Position numbers and translations under genes: made by a program. A DNA stretch of 64,000 nt from Alphaproteobacteria bacterium. GTDB taxonomy: Bacteria; Pseudomonadota; Alphaproteobacteria; MPNO01; UBA830. The notes beneath the pieces are model-generated. The model was given only the letters and a program-made list of their open reading frames with translations, did not search any database and was not told the origin of the DNA. Shown here one piece after another: positions 48,446 through 57,980 of the stretch. The DNA is taken from the NCBI GenBank assembly GCA_965243135.1, contig OZ251539.1, positions 4,320,001 to 4,384,000 on the forward strand. The letters are read 5' to 3'. Each line of letters starts with the position of its first letter. Position 1 is the first letter of the stretch.

Positions 48446-49513
48446 ATGCCGGTTCACGGATTCAAGGTGTTCGACGGAGACGGACACGTCCTCGAAAACG
48501 ACGGAGAGCTCGCCGAATACTACGAAGGTCGATACAAGGGACTTCGCCTCTTCGAAACCTTCGGCATATGGCCGAGCCTGGACGGCTGGGCGAGGGGATT
48601 CGTCATGGCCTCCGAGGATCGGGGCCGCAAATACACCCACACCGACGCCGCGGTCTGGGGCGAAATGCTGGAACTGATCGGCGCCGAAGGCACCGTCCTC
48701 TATCCGACCGCCGGCCTCGCCTGCGGCCTGATTTCCGATGTCGAATGGGCCGGCGCCACGGCGACCGCCTACAACAACTGGCTGGAAGACCGCTATACCA
48801 AGAAGGACGAACGTCTGTACGGCGTGGGCCTGCTGGCGGTTCAGAACCCCGAGGCGGCGGTAAGGGAAGTCGAACGCTGCGCGACCGAGCGGGTGCGCTT
48901 TCCGGCCCTGCTGATGCCGACCCAGACCTACACCGGCAAGACCTACGGCGACGAGTTCTTCTGGCCGATTTACGAAGCGGCGGAAAAGCATAACCTGCCC
49001 ATCGCCCTGCACGGTGCCCCGAGTCGCGGCCTGGGCTTCGACCACTTCGCCGAATTCGCGAAGGTGCACGCGCTCGAACACCCGTTCCCGCTGATGATCC
49101 AGCTTACCGACATCATTTTTTCGGGCGTGTTCGACCGCTTCCCAGGTCTCCGCATCGCGTTCCTCGAAGGCGGCTGCGGCTGGGTGCCGTTCATGATGGA
49201 TCGGCTCGACTACGAGTACGATTCCATTTTCGGAGCCGCCGCCCGCAAGCGCCTCAAGAAGCGGCCGTCGGATTACATTCGCGAAGGCGACAATTTCTGG
49301 GTCGCGATGGAGCTCGGCGAGAGCGCGCTCAAATACGCGATCGACGCGATGGGCCCCGATCGCATTCTCTACGCGTCGGACTACCCGCACGAGCCTACCG
49401 AGGAAGATCTGACGACCGAACTGCCGGAATTCCTCGAAAGCAACGAGTATTCGGACGAAATCAAGCGCAAGCTGGTCCACGACAACATGATCAGCTTCTA
49501 CAACCTCAACTGA
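48446..49513 (+). CDS. Amidohydrolase family (Amidohydro_2) protein, possible decarboxylase or hydratase
   Basis: DGDGHVLE, AYNNWL, ALHG, FLEGGCGW, YASDYPH. Confidence 0.88.
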   Translation: MPVHGFKVFDGDGHVLENDGELAEYYEGRYKGLRLFETFGIWPSLDGWARGFVMASEDRGRKYTHTDAAVWGEMLELIGAEGTVLYPTAGLACGLISDVEWAGATATAYNNWLEDRYTKKDERLYGVGLLAVQNPEAAVREVERCATERVRFPALLMPTQTYTGKTYGDEFFWPIYEAAEKHNLPIALHGAPSRGLGFDHFAEFAKVHALEHPFPLMIQLTDIIFSGVFDRFPGLRIAFLEGGCGWVPFMMDRLDYEYDSIFGAAARKRLKKRPSDYIREGDNFWVAMELGESALKYAIDAMGPDRILYASDYPHEPTEEDLTTELPEFLESNEYSDEIKRKLVHDNMISFYNLN

Positions 49514-49587
49514 ACGAAGCGCCGCGCCCGCCGGTTACGGCCGGCGCGGCGCCGTTCCCCCTGCTCCGCCCGCGAGCGGCCCCGCGC

Positions 49588-49617
49588 TTGACGGAGCCTT
49601 TTCCCGAACCCTAGAAT
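49588..49617 (+). promoter_or_regulatory. Candidate sigma70 promoter for the cupin-aldolase pair
   Basis: TTGACG-18 nt-TAGAAT, ending 36 nt upstream of the ATG at 49654. Confidence 0.45.
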
Positions 49618-49653
49618 CCATGCGCTGCCCCGCCGCCCGACAAGGAGACCGCC

Positions 49654-50778
49654 ATGAACCCCAAATTCATCGACCGGACGGGTTACGAAGCTCCCCAAAA
49701 GCTGGACTTGTGGGAACCGATTGTCATCACCCGAGAAGAAATCGACGAGGAGGCGGAACGGCTGGCCTCGCTGCCGAGACCGGGCAACGGACGCCGCCAG
49801 TCCCTGATCGTGCACCCCAGATGGCGCGACCTCGGGGTCGGGCCCGGGCTCAACCCGGGCGTGCGCGTGACGCTGGAAGTTCTCAAACCCGGCGAACAGA
49901 CGGCGCCGGTCCGCCACAACTCCACCCAGGTCAATTTCTGCATCCGCGGCGAGGGCCACTCCATCGTCAACGGCAAGAAGATCGGGTTCGCCGAATACGA
50001 CGTCTACAACTTCCCGTCGATGGGCACCTACTGGCACGTCAACAACTCGAAGGATCTTCATGTCCGCCTGACCTATTCGAACGCGCCGCTGCTGGAGAAG
50101 ATGAACGTTCACATCGTCGACGAGAATCCGCCGCCGGCGATGGAGCTGGTGGAGCAGGCGGAACGCGCCCGGACCGCGGAATCCGAACCCGACCCAGCCG
50201 GCAAGAGTCCCTACGGCACGTTCCAGCTCAACGACGACGGCGCATGGCTCATGCCCTACGAAACGCTGATCAACCCGGAATCGGTCGAATCGAAGGCGCT
50301 GCACTGGCCGTGGAAGGACGTGAAGCAGGAACTCGACAAGTTGACGGCGCTCGGCCCCAAATACCGCGGCCGCCGCCTCTACCTGCTGTTCAACCCGATG
50401 ACCACGCGCTTCAACGGCACGACCCCGAGTTTCTTCGCGACCATGACCGTGCGTCCGCCGAAGATCGTGGACCGGCCGCACCGGCACGTATCCTCGGCGA
50501 TCAACTACTACTTCCACGGCAGCGGACGGTCGACGGTCGAAGGCAAGGTCTACGAGTGGAAGGCCGGCGACCTGATGCTGTCGGCGCCGGGCTGGGGCGT
50601 GCACAACCACGCCTCCTACGACGAAGCCGTCTACGAGCTGACCATTCAGGACCAGCCTCTCAACATCTTCATGGAAAGCCTGCTCTGGCAGGAGGACCTC
50701 AAGCACCCCTGGTCGGTTCTCGGCGCCGATTCCGGCTTCGAGACCAACGCTGAAGAACTTCGCCAGGCGGGCGAGTAG
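49654..50778 (+). CDS. Bicupin ring-cleavage dioxygenase-like protein (gentisate 1,2-dioxygenase superfamily)
   Basis: RBS AAGGAG, L.HP..GL, LKPGE..RHN, HWPW, PHRH..SAINY..GSG..W..HNH, IQDQPL. Confidence 0.8.
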   Translation: MNPKFIDRTGYEAPQKLDLWEPIVITREEIDEEAERLASLPRPGNGRRQSLIVHPRWRDLGVGPGLNPGVRVTLEVLKPGEQTAPVRHNSTQVNFCIRGEGHSIVNGKKIGFAEYDVYNFPSMGTYWHVNNSKDLHVRLTYSNAPLLEKMNVHIVDENPPPAMELVEQAERARTAESEPDPAGKSPYGTFQLNDDGAWLMPYETLINPESVESKALHWPWKDVKQELDKLTALGPKYRGRRLYLLFNPMTTRFNGTTPSFFATMTVRPPKIVDRPHRHVSSAINYYFHGSGRSTVEGKVYEWKAGDLMLSAPGWGVHNHASYDEAVYELTIQDQPLNIFMESLLWQEDLKHPWSVLGADSGFETNAEELRQAGE

Positions 50779-50814
50779 ACCGCCTCCGCCCAACGACTCC
50801 GGGAGACGGCCGAC

Positions 50815-51741
50815 ATGATGAAACTGCCGAAAGATTTCCTGCGCGGATCCGTCCCGCCGCTGATCACCCCCCTCCGCAACGGAAAGATCGATTACGATGC
50901 CTATGCCGGGATGGTGGAGTTCCAGGTTCGAAACGGCTCGCACGGCATTCTCGTCAACGGCACCACTTCGGAGCCCGCGACTCTGACGCTCGAGGAACGC
51001 AACCGCATCGTCGATGTCGCGGTCGAAGCCTGCACAGGCAAGCTGCCCGTCGTCGCGGCCACCGGCTCGCAATCGCTCGCCGAGACCCAGGCACTGACGG
51101 CGCATGCCGAAAAGGCGGGAGCCGACGCGCTTCTGATCGTAACTCCGTATTACACGCGCCCGCCGCAGCGCGGCCTGGTCGAATACTACAAAACGCTCGG
51201 CCGGGAGACCTCCCTGCCGTGGCTGATCTATCACATTCCCGGCCGGGCGGCCGTGTCGGTGACCCTCGATACGCTGCGGCGGATTTCCGAGGCGTGCCCT
51301 AATTTCGTGGGAATGAAGCATGCCGTGGACGATCTCGGCTACGCGTCGACCTGCCTCGACGCCTTCGGCATGGAGTTCCGCATCTTCGTCGGCCTCGAGG
51401 ATCTCAGCTATCCGATGATGGCGGTCGGCGCCTGCGGGTTAATGAACGCGGTGGGGAACCTGCAGCCCAAGAAGCTGGCGCGCATGTGCGAGGCGGTGTG
51501 GTCGGGCGACCTCAAGAAGGCGCGGAAGCTGCATTACGAACTGTTCGAGATCAATCAGGCGGTGTTCTTCGACACCAACCCCGTCCCCATCAAATACATG
51601 ATGAAGAAGCTGGGAATCATCCCCAGAAACGAACATCGCCTGCCCATGTCCCCGGCGACGCGGGAGCTGGCGAAACGCCTTGACGGCGTGCTCGAACGCG
51701 CGGGCCTTGCCGGAGGCGGCAAGACGAGGAAAGCTGCCTGA
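50815..51741 (+). CDS. DHDPS/NAL-family aldolase (HpaI-type or hydratase-aldolase-like)
   Basis: PLITP, NGTTSE, VTPYY, YHIPGR, GMKH (Schiff-base Lys), TNPVPIK; catabolic context argues against housekeeping DapA. Confidence 0.82.
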   Translation: MMKLPKDFLRGSVPPLITPLRNGKIDYDAYAGMVEFQVRNGSHGILVNGTTSEPATLTLEERNRIVDVAVEACTGKLPVVAATGSQSLAETQALTAHAEKAGADALLIVTPYYTRPPQRGLVEYYKTLGRETSLPWLIYHIPGRAAVSVTLDTLRRISEACPNFVGMKHAVDDLGYASTCLDAFGMEFRIFVGLEDLSYPMMAVGACGLMNAVGNLQPKKLARMCEAVWSGDLKKARKLHYELFEINQAVFFDTNPVPIKYMMKKLGIIPRNEHRLPMSPATRELAKRLDGVLERAGLAGGGKTRKAA

Positions 51742-51807
51742 CCGGCCCGACAAAAACGGCGCAGCGCAAACGGCTCGATTTCATTGCGGCTTCGCGAAGG
51801 AAACAGG

Positions 51808-52278
51808 ATGGATGTCCTTGTCGCCGATGAAGTTTGGATCGCTACCGCGCTGCTCCACCGCCGCTATCCGGAGAGGGAAGACTTCGCCGTTTCCAAGATC
51901 ATCCGGCAGGCGGAAGCGGAAAGCGTCACCGGTCGCCACTCCCTGCGCCCCAGTTTTCGGGACTACGCCTATCTTCACTGCGTCGCCAACAAGGAGCCTG
52001 GAACCGTAAGGCATCGGATGCTTCTGGAGACGGCGAAGGGACGCCGACGCTTGTTCAAGCCAAGGGATCCGTGCCATCGCCGCCGCCTTTCGGGCAAGGA
52101 CGCTCTGCACGTCGACGACGTCCCGGCAGCCTATCGGAAGTTCATCGAGTGGTACCGCAAAGAATACGCGGGCGCGAGCGGCGAGACGGATCCAATCCTG
52201 TCCCTGCGCGGGCTCGGCAAGAAGATCCGGACGGATGAAAACGCCGACGCCTATGTCGAGCGGCTTAGGGGGACATAG
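51808..52278 (+). CDS. Hypothetical protein, putative antitoxin of the downstream PIN gene
   Basis: VADEVWIATALLH..HCVAN..RML.ET..RRLF; C-terminus DPILSLRGLGK..ADAYVERLR is typical of genes preceding VapC. Confidence 0.65.
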   Translation: MDVLVADEVWIATALLHRRYPEREDFAVSKIIRQAEAESVTGRHSLRPSFRDYAYLHCVANKEPGTVRHRMLLETAKGRRRLFKPRDPCHRRRLSGKDALHVDDVPAAYRKFIEWYRKEYAGASGETDPILSLRGLGKKIRTDENADAYVERLRGT

Positions 52279-52280
52279 AG

Positions 52281-52689
52281 GTAAGCAAGATCTTCCAGAA
52301 CACGAACCTTTTCGTGTATCTGGTGGAAGGCGGCGCAGAGGCGGACAGGGTCGCAACGCTGCGCCGCCGGATGCTCAAGCGCGGCGACGAATTGTTGACG
52401 TCGGCGCTCACGCTCGGCGAACTTCTCGTCAAACTCGCGGAAGAGGGAGATACGACCCTGGTGCGCCGCTACGAACAGGCCATCAGCCGCAACGGTTTTG
52501 CCATTCGATCTCCGCGCCGCTCCACGGTTCTCGGAGATCCGGCGGGCAATTCGGGCACCGGACGCCATCCAACTCGCCTGCGCTGCGGTGGCCGGCACGG
52601 ACATGTTCGTGACCAACGACCAGCGCCTGAGCAGGAAGATCGTCGCCGGAATCCATTTCATCCAGTCTCTTGAGCAAGCGACGCTGTGA
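52281..52689 (+). pseudogene. PIN-domain (VapC) toxin, inactivated
   Basis: Start appears as GTA, DTN motif appears as NTN, TSALTLGE, frameshift near 52497, then PDAIQLA and FVTND in another frame. Confidence 0.78.
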
Positions 52690-52902
52690 GGAGAGCGGGC
52701 TCGTGCGGCTTGCACTTTGAGATTCGTCGCCAGTCCCGTCCGGACGGACCGGCTTTTGCAACGAAGAAACCTCGGACGCGCCGGCCTCGGTTACGGCAAG
52801 TCCGCTCGTAAAGGGCGCGAACCGGGCGAAAATTTTTGGAAGGCGGCGCGGCCCGCGGCCGCCCCGCGTCTGCTTCCGCCCTGTTCCTTTGGCATGCCGA
52901 AA

Positions 52903-55197
52903 TCAATCCGCAGTCGCGCAACGGTCGCGCGAGGCGAGCGTCCGGCGAACCAGATCCGGCGCGACAGGCAGGCAAGCGACCGCGCCGGGCAATCCGATCG
53001 CGTCGTCGACCGCAGCGGCGATCGCAGCGCCGGCCGCATTGATGCCGCCCTCGCCCGCCCCCTTCACGCCGAGAGGGTTGAGCGGACTCGGCGCGTCTTC
53101 GGTCACGAACGCCTCGATCTTGGGGATCTCGCCGACCGTCGGGATCAGGTAGTCCATGAAAGTGGCCGCCAGCGGCTGGCCTGAGGAATCGTAAACGAAC
53201 CGTTCGTAGAGCGCGCCGCCGATGCCCTGGGCGGCGCCTCCGACCAATTGTCCTTCGACGAGCATCGGGTTGACCGCCTTACCGACGTCGTAACCGACGA
53301 AAAACCGTTCGACGTCGATGCCGGCGGTTTCCGGATCGACGCGGACGACCGCGACATGGACCCCGTATGGGTAAGCCATATGATCCGCCTCGAACGTCCC
53401 TTCGACCGAAAGCGGCTGGTCGCAGGTCGCGTAGTGGTGACGCGCCACCTCGGCCAGATTCGCGGAAGGTCCCGCGTTGGTCCCTGACATGCGAACGACG
53501 CCGTCCTGGATATCGAGGGCTTCCGCCCGCAGTTGCAAAAGGCCGGCGGCGATCCGGAGGAGCTTTTCCTTCATTTTCGCCGCGGCGACATGAACGGCGG
53601 AACCGGTCATTACCGTGACGCGGGACGCGAACGCCCCCAGCCCGCGATCGATCCGGTCGGTGCGGCCGTGCACAACGCGAACCTTGGACAGATCCGTGCC
53701 CAGCGTGTCCGCGCATACCTGCGCCAAGGCGGTTTCTACGCCCTGACCGACGGACGCCGCTCCGGTGACGATTTCGAGAACGCCCGACGCGTCCATCTCC
53801 AGCCGGGCGGTATCGGAAGGACCGAGCCCGCTTTTCTCCACGAAAAAAGCCGCGCCGGCACCGACCAGTTCGCCCGTCGCGCGGCGCTCGGAGAGCTGCT
53901 TCCTGATCGCGTCGTAATCGATCGCGTCGAGCGTCTTGTCGAGAAGACGGGCATAGTCGCCGGAATCGTACTCGACCTCGGTTCCGATGGCGTCGAGACC
54001 GCGCGCGAAGGGCATCCTGTCGACCGGCACGAAATTGAGGCGGCGCACTTCCAGGGGATCCATGCTCAGCCTGTGCGCCACGGCATCCATCAGCCGTTCC
54101 CTGACGAAGGTGCTTTCGTAGCGGCCGGGCGCGCGGTAAGTGCCGGCCGGCGTCTTGTTGGTCAGCCTGATATGCCCCCGCGCGCGATAGGCGGGATAGA
54201 GGTAAGGCCCGGGCAGGAACGCGGCAGTGAGATCGGACACGGTAGCGGCATGGGTGCGGACGTAAGCGCCCTGATCCACCCAGAACTCGCAGTCGACCGC
54301 CGTCACGAAGCCGGTTTCGTCGACGGCGGCGCGAACGCTGTGCACCTGATCCCTTGAATGATTGGCGGCGATCAAATGCTCCAGACGGTCTTCGATCCAC
54401 TTGATCGGCCGCTCCAGGCGACGCGCCGCCAGGCACAGCAACACGTCCTCGGGATAGAGTTCGCCGCGCACCCCGAAACCGCCGCCGACATGACTCTCGT
54501 AAAGATGAAGGTTCTCCGGTTTCAGATCGAGTAGCGCGATCAGCGCCAGACGGTTCAGATGGGGAATCTTGGATGCGCCGTAGACCTCCAGAAGATCCTT
54601 TTCCGCATCCCAGGTCGCCACCCCGCCTCGCGTCTCGAGCGGCACGCCCGTGTGGCGACCGACTTCGAGTTCGAGCGAAACGATTTGCGCGGCGCGGTCG
54701 AACGCGCCGTCGACATCGCCGCAGCCTTTTTCGATCACCGCGGCTTCGGTGGTCAGCCCGGGCCCGAAAGTCCCCGGCGGATCCGTCGACCGGACGGTCG
54801 GCGGAAGCTCCTCGATCCGAGCGGTCACCAGCTCCGCCGCGTCCTCCGCCAGATAGGCGTCCTCGGCGAAAACCGCGGCGATCGGCTCGCCCACATAGCG
54901 CACGTCTTGCTCCGCCAGTATCGGTTGCCGGTAGGGTTCCAGACCCTCGACCCTGACCTGCCGGAAGTCGATCGGAGGTATTCCGGCGGTGTCGGCAGCC
55001 GTCCAGACAGCCGCAACGCCCGGCATCCGCGCCGCCTCGTCCGTATCGATTCCAAGGACGCGTCCTCGAGCCACGGGCGCGCGCACCACGCGCATGTGGA
55101 GTTGGTCGGGAAAGGAGATGTCGCCCGCGAACTTCGCGGTTCCTCGAAGAAGCGGCAGGTCTTCCAGACGCTTTTCCGGCCTGCCGATCCGGTTCAA
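52903..55197 (-). CDS. Xanthine dehydrogenase-family molybdopterin-binding large subunit (L2)
   Basis: VGGGFG, TYRAPGR loop, YDSGDY, GQG, EGQLVGG, KGAGEGG catalytic Glu. Confidence 0.92.
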   Translation of the reverse strand: MNRIGRPEKRLEDLPLLRGTAKFAGDISFPDQLHMRVVRAPVARGRVLGIDTDEAARMPGVAAVWTAADTAGIPPIDFRQVRVEGLEPYRQPILAEQDVRYVGEPIAAVFAEDAYLAEDAAELVTARIEELPPTVRSTDPPGTFGPGLTTEAAVIEKGCGDVDGAFDRAAQIVSLELEVGRHTGVPLETRGGVATWDAEKDLLEVYGASKIPHLNRLALIALLDLKPENLHLYESHVGGGFGVRGELYPEDVLLCLAARRLERPIKWIEDRLEHLIAANHSRDQVHSVRAAVDETGFVTAVDCEFWVDQGAYVRTHAATVSDLTAAFLPGPYLYPAYRARGHIRLTNKTPAGTYRAPGRYESTFVRERLMDAVAHRLSMDPLEVRRLNFVPVDRMPFARGLDAIGTEVEYDSGDYARLLDKTLDAIDYDAIRKQLSERRATGELVGAGAAFFVEKSGLGPSDTARLEMDASGVLEIVTGAASVGQGVETALAQVCADTLGTDLSKVRVVHGRTDRIDRGLGAFASRVTVMTGSAVHVAAAKMKEKLLRIAAGLLQLRAEALDIQDGVVRMSGTNAGPSANLAEVARHHYATCDQPLSVEGTFEADHMAYPYGVHVAVVRVDPETAGIDVERFFVGYDVGKAVNPMLVEGQLVGGAAQGIGGALYERFVYDSSGQPLAATFMDYLIPTVGEIPKIEAFVTEDAPSPLNPLGVKGAGEGGINAAGAAIAAAVDDAIGLPGAVACLPVAPDLVRRTLASRDRCATAD

Positions 55198-55201
55198 TGC
55201 C

Positions 55202-55669
55202 TCATTGCTCCATCACGGCGCGCACTGCCTTGAAAATATTCTGGTAACCCGTGCAGCGGCATAAATTGGACGAAAGGGCCCGGCGCAGGCCCGCATCGTC
55301 CAGACGTTCATTCTTCTCGAAAAGGGCGACCGCCAGCATGAGGAAACCCGGAGTGCAGAAACCGCATTGCAAAGCATGATGATCCCGGAACGCCTGCTGC
55401 AGCGGATGCAGTTCGTCCCCGTCGGCCAACCCTTCGACCGTGCGAATTGCGCGTCCGCCTGCTTGGACGGCGAACATCAGGCAAGACCTCACCGGTTCTC
55501 CATCTAGCAGCACCGTGCATGCGCCGCAGACGCCATGCTCGCAGCCCAGATGCGTGCCGGTCAACCCGCAATCGTCGCGCAGCGCATCGGCCAGCGTACG
55601 GCGCGGCTCGACGCTTATCGGGCGGGTCTCGCCGTTAACCGTCAGCGTTATGTCGATCTTTTCCGCCAT
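55202..55669 (-). CDS. (2Fe-2S)-binding small subunit (CoxS-like)
   Basis: GCEHGVCGACT..SC, QCGFCTPG, NLCRCTGY. Confidence 0.95.
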   Translation of the reverse strand: MAEKIDITLTVNGETRPISVEPRRTLADALRDDCGLTGTHLGCEHGVCGACTVLLDGEPVRSCLMFAVQAGGRAIRTVEGLADGDELHPLQQAFRDHHALQCGFCTPGFLMLAVALFEKNERLDDAGLRRALSSNLCRCTGYQNIFKAVRAVMEQ

Positions 55670-57980
55670 GGCCGCTCGCCGCGCTGTTTCTGATCAGTTT
55701 CCGAATCCGCTGCGGAGTCGCAGGCATCTCGAACAATCTTGCGCCGAACGGAGCCAAAGCGTCGTTGATCGCGTTGATCACGGCCGCGGGCGCCCCGATC
55801 AGCCCGCCTTCGCCCAAACCCTTTGCGCCGCTCACGGAAGCGTCCGTGACCGTTTCGAGATGATGTATTTCGAGTTCGGGTATTTCCGCCATCGTGGGAG
55901 GAAGAAAATCCGCAAGCGTCGTCGTCAGAATTTCCCCCGCGTCGTCGTAAACGATCTCCTCGAACAGGGCAGCGGCGATTCCCTGAGCGACCCCGCCGTG
56001 GATCTGACCCTCGGCGATCGTCGGGTTGATCAGCCGGCCGGCATCCTCCACGACCACGAAACGTTCGAGCTCGACGCCCCCTGTTTCCGGATCGACCTCG
56101 ACGACGGCCGCATGGCAGGCGTTCGAGAAAGTCCCGGCGGGATCGTACGTCGCGGCGGCGGCCAGTCCGGCGGCCGCGTCTTCCCCGAACTGGTGCGACT
56201 GGTGATGCGCCTGACGGGCGATTTCGGAGATCGTCACGGTCGCCCCCGAGCCCGCGGCGCGCGCCCGCCCGCTCTCAAGAACGACATCGCCGGGATCCGT
56301 CTGCAGGAGCTTTGCGCCGAACCGCTTCAGCCTTTCCCCAAGCCGCGCGGCCGCCAGCTTGCAGGCACCTCCGGAAATGACGATCGAGCGGCTGGCGAAC
56401 GTGCCCCAACCGTAAGGCGTCCTGTCGGTATCGCCATGGACGATACGCACGTCTTCGATATCCATCCCCAGTTCGTCCGCGACGATCTGGGAAAGCGCGG
56501 TCCGGAGTCCCTGGCCGTGAGGCGACGCGCCGATCCGCGCCTCTACGAAACCGGAGGGGTCCATGACGATATCCACGCGCTCGTACCCCGGCGTGATCTC
56601 CATGGAACGCGCGGCGAAAGCGGGCGTGCCGTAACCGGTTCGTTCGGAAAACACCGAAAAGCCGATCCCCCTGTAGCGGCCGGCGGCGCGCGCCGCTTCC
56701 TGTTCGCGACGGAACGCTTCCAGATCGATCGACCGCTCCGCCAGTTCGAGCGACTCGCGATAGGAACCTTCGTCGTAAACCAGCCCTGTCGCGGAGCGAT
56801 ACGGAAAGGTCGAAATCAGGTTGCGGCGCCTGATCTCGGGCTTTTCGATTCCGAAGCGGCTCGCCGCTTCGTCCATCAATCTTTCCATGGCCAGAGTGAG
56901 CACCGGCCGCGAGACGCCGCGATACGGCGCCATGGGACAGGTATGAGTGGCGACGCCGCGCGCCCTCACCTTGTACTCCCTGAAATCGTAGGGACCGGGC
57001 AGTTCCGCCATCGCCATCAGGGGTTCGACCCCGCAAGTGACCGGATAACAGGAATAGGCTCCCACATTGCAGCGCAGATCCGCGTCCACGGCGAGCAACC
57101 GCGCCTCCGCGTCGAAGGCGCCGCGGATCAGATAGTGCTGATCGCGCGAGTGAAACGACGCCATCAGGTTCTCGTGGCGATCCTCGATCCACGAGAAAGC
57201 GTCCTTGAACCGCAACGCGGCCCACACCGTTAAGACATGTTCCGGCGCCAGCGACATTTTCTGTCCGAACGCGCCTCCGACGTCCGGCGCGACGACGCGC
57301 AGATCGGCCTCGGGAATGCCAAGCGAATCGGCGATACCGGTCCGCAGCATGTGCGGCATCTGGTGGGAAGCGTGCAGAGTCACCCGGCGGGCGGACGGAT
57401 CCCAGGCCGCAACGGCGGCGCGCGCTTCGAGCGGCAACGCCGCCTGCCGACGGGAGCGAACGTCGATGTCGACGATTTCCGCCGCCTGCCCGAAAGCGGC
57501 ACCAACGCCGTCGGTTTCGATGCGGCCGTCGACGAGCACGTTTTCCGGCGCCTGCGCATGCACTGTCGGCGCATCCCGTTCGAGAGCGCGGTCGACATCG
57601 ACGACGGCTTCCGCCGACTCGATGTCGACGAACACTTCGTCGGCGACGTCCTCGGCCTGTTCGGGCGTGTCCGCGATCACTGCGGCGACAGGTTCGCCGA
57701 CGTACCTGACCCGCTCGCCGGCGAGGATCGGTTGGCGGACCGGGACGTAGTCACGCCGGTGCAGCACCGGGCAGATCGGATCGACTCCGTCAAGATCGGC
57801 CGCCGTCACGACGGTCGCGCCCCGAGGCGTTCCAATCTTCTTGATGCGGCCGCAGGCCACCGGGCTGCGGACGAACCGAATCGTTTTGGCCGAATGCGCG
57901 ACGTCGGCGACAAACGCGCCTTCGCCGCGAACCAGCACGGGATCCTCGAGCCTCGGGATCGGGCGTCCGATCCAGCTCAT
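55635..57980 (-). CDS. Xanthine dehydrogenase-family molybdopterin-binding large subunit (L1)
   Basis: VGGAFGQK, PYRGVSR loop, HGQG, GTFASRS, KGLGEGG catalytic Glu. Confidence 0.92.
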   Translation of the reverse strand: MSWIGRPIPRLEDPVLVRGEGAFVADVAHSAKTIRFVRSPVACGRIKKIGTPRGATVVTAADLDGVDPICPVLHRRDYVPVRQPILAGERVRYVGEPVAAVIADTPEQAEDVADEVFVDIESAEAVVDVDRALERDAPTVHAQAPENVLVDGRIETDGVGAAFGQAAEIVDIDVRSRRQAALPLEARAAVAAWDPSARRVTLHASHQMPHMLRTGIADSLGIPEADLRVVAPDVGGAFGQKMSLAPEHVLTVWAALRFKDAFSWIEDRHENLMASFHSRDQHYLIRGAFDAEARLLAVDADLRCNVGAYSCYPVTCGVEPLMAMAELPGPYDFREYKVRARGVATHTCPMAPYRGVSRPVLTLAMERLMDEAASRFGIEKPEIRRRNLISTFPYRSATGLVYDEGSYRESLELAERSIDLEAFRREQEAARAAGRYRGIGFSVFSERTGYGTPAFAARSMEITPGYERVDIVMDPSGFVEARIGASPHGQGLRTALSQIVADELGMDIEDVRIVHGDTDRTPYGWGTFASRSIVISGGACKLAAARLGERLKRFGAKLLQTDPGDVVLESGRARAAGSGATVTISEIARQAHHQSHQFGEDAAAGLAAAATYDPAGTFSNACHAAVVEVDPETGGVELERFVVVEDAGRLINPTIAEGQIHGGVAQGIAAALFEEIVYDDAGEILTTTLADFLPPTMAEIPELEIHHLETVTDASVSGAKGLGEGGLIGAPAAVINAINDALAPFGARLFEMPATPQRIRKLIRNSAASGHGGKDRHNADG

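Noticed and set aside
50815-51741. Housekeeping dapA
   Set aside because: GTTSE and YHIPGR variants plus coupling to a ring-cleavage cupin favour a catabolic aldolase; not excluded without a phylogeny.
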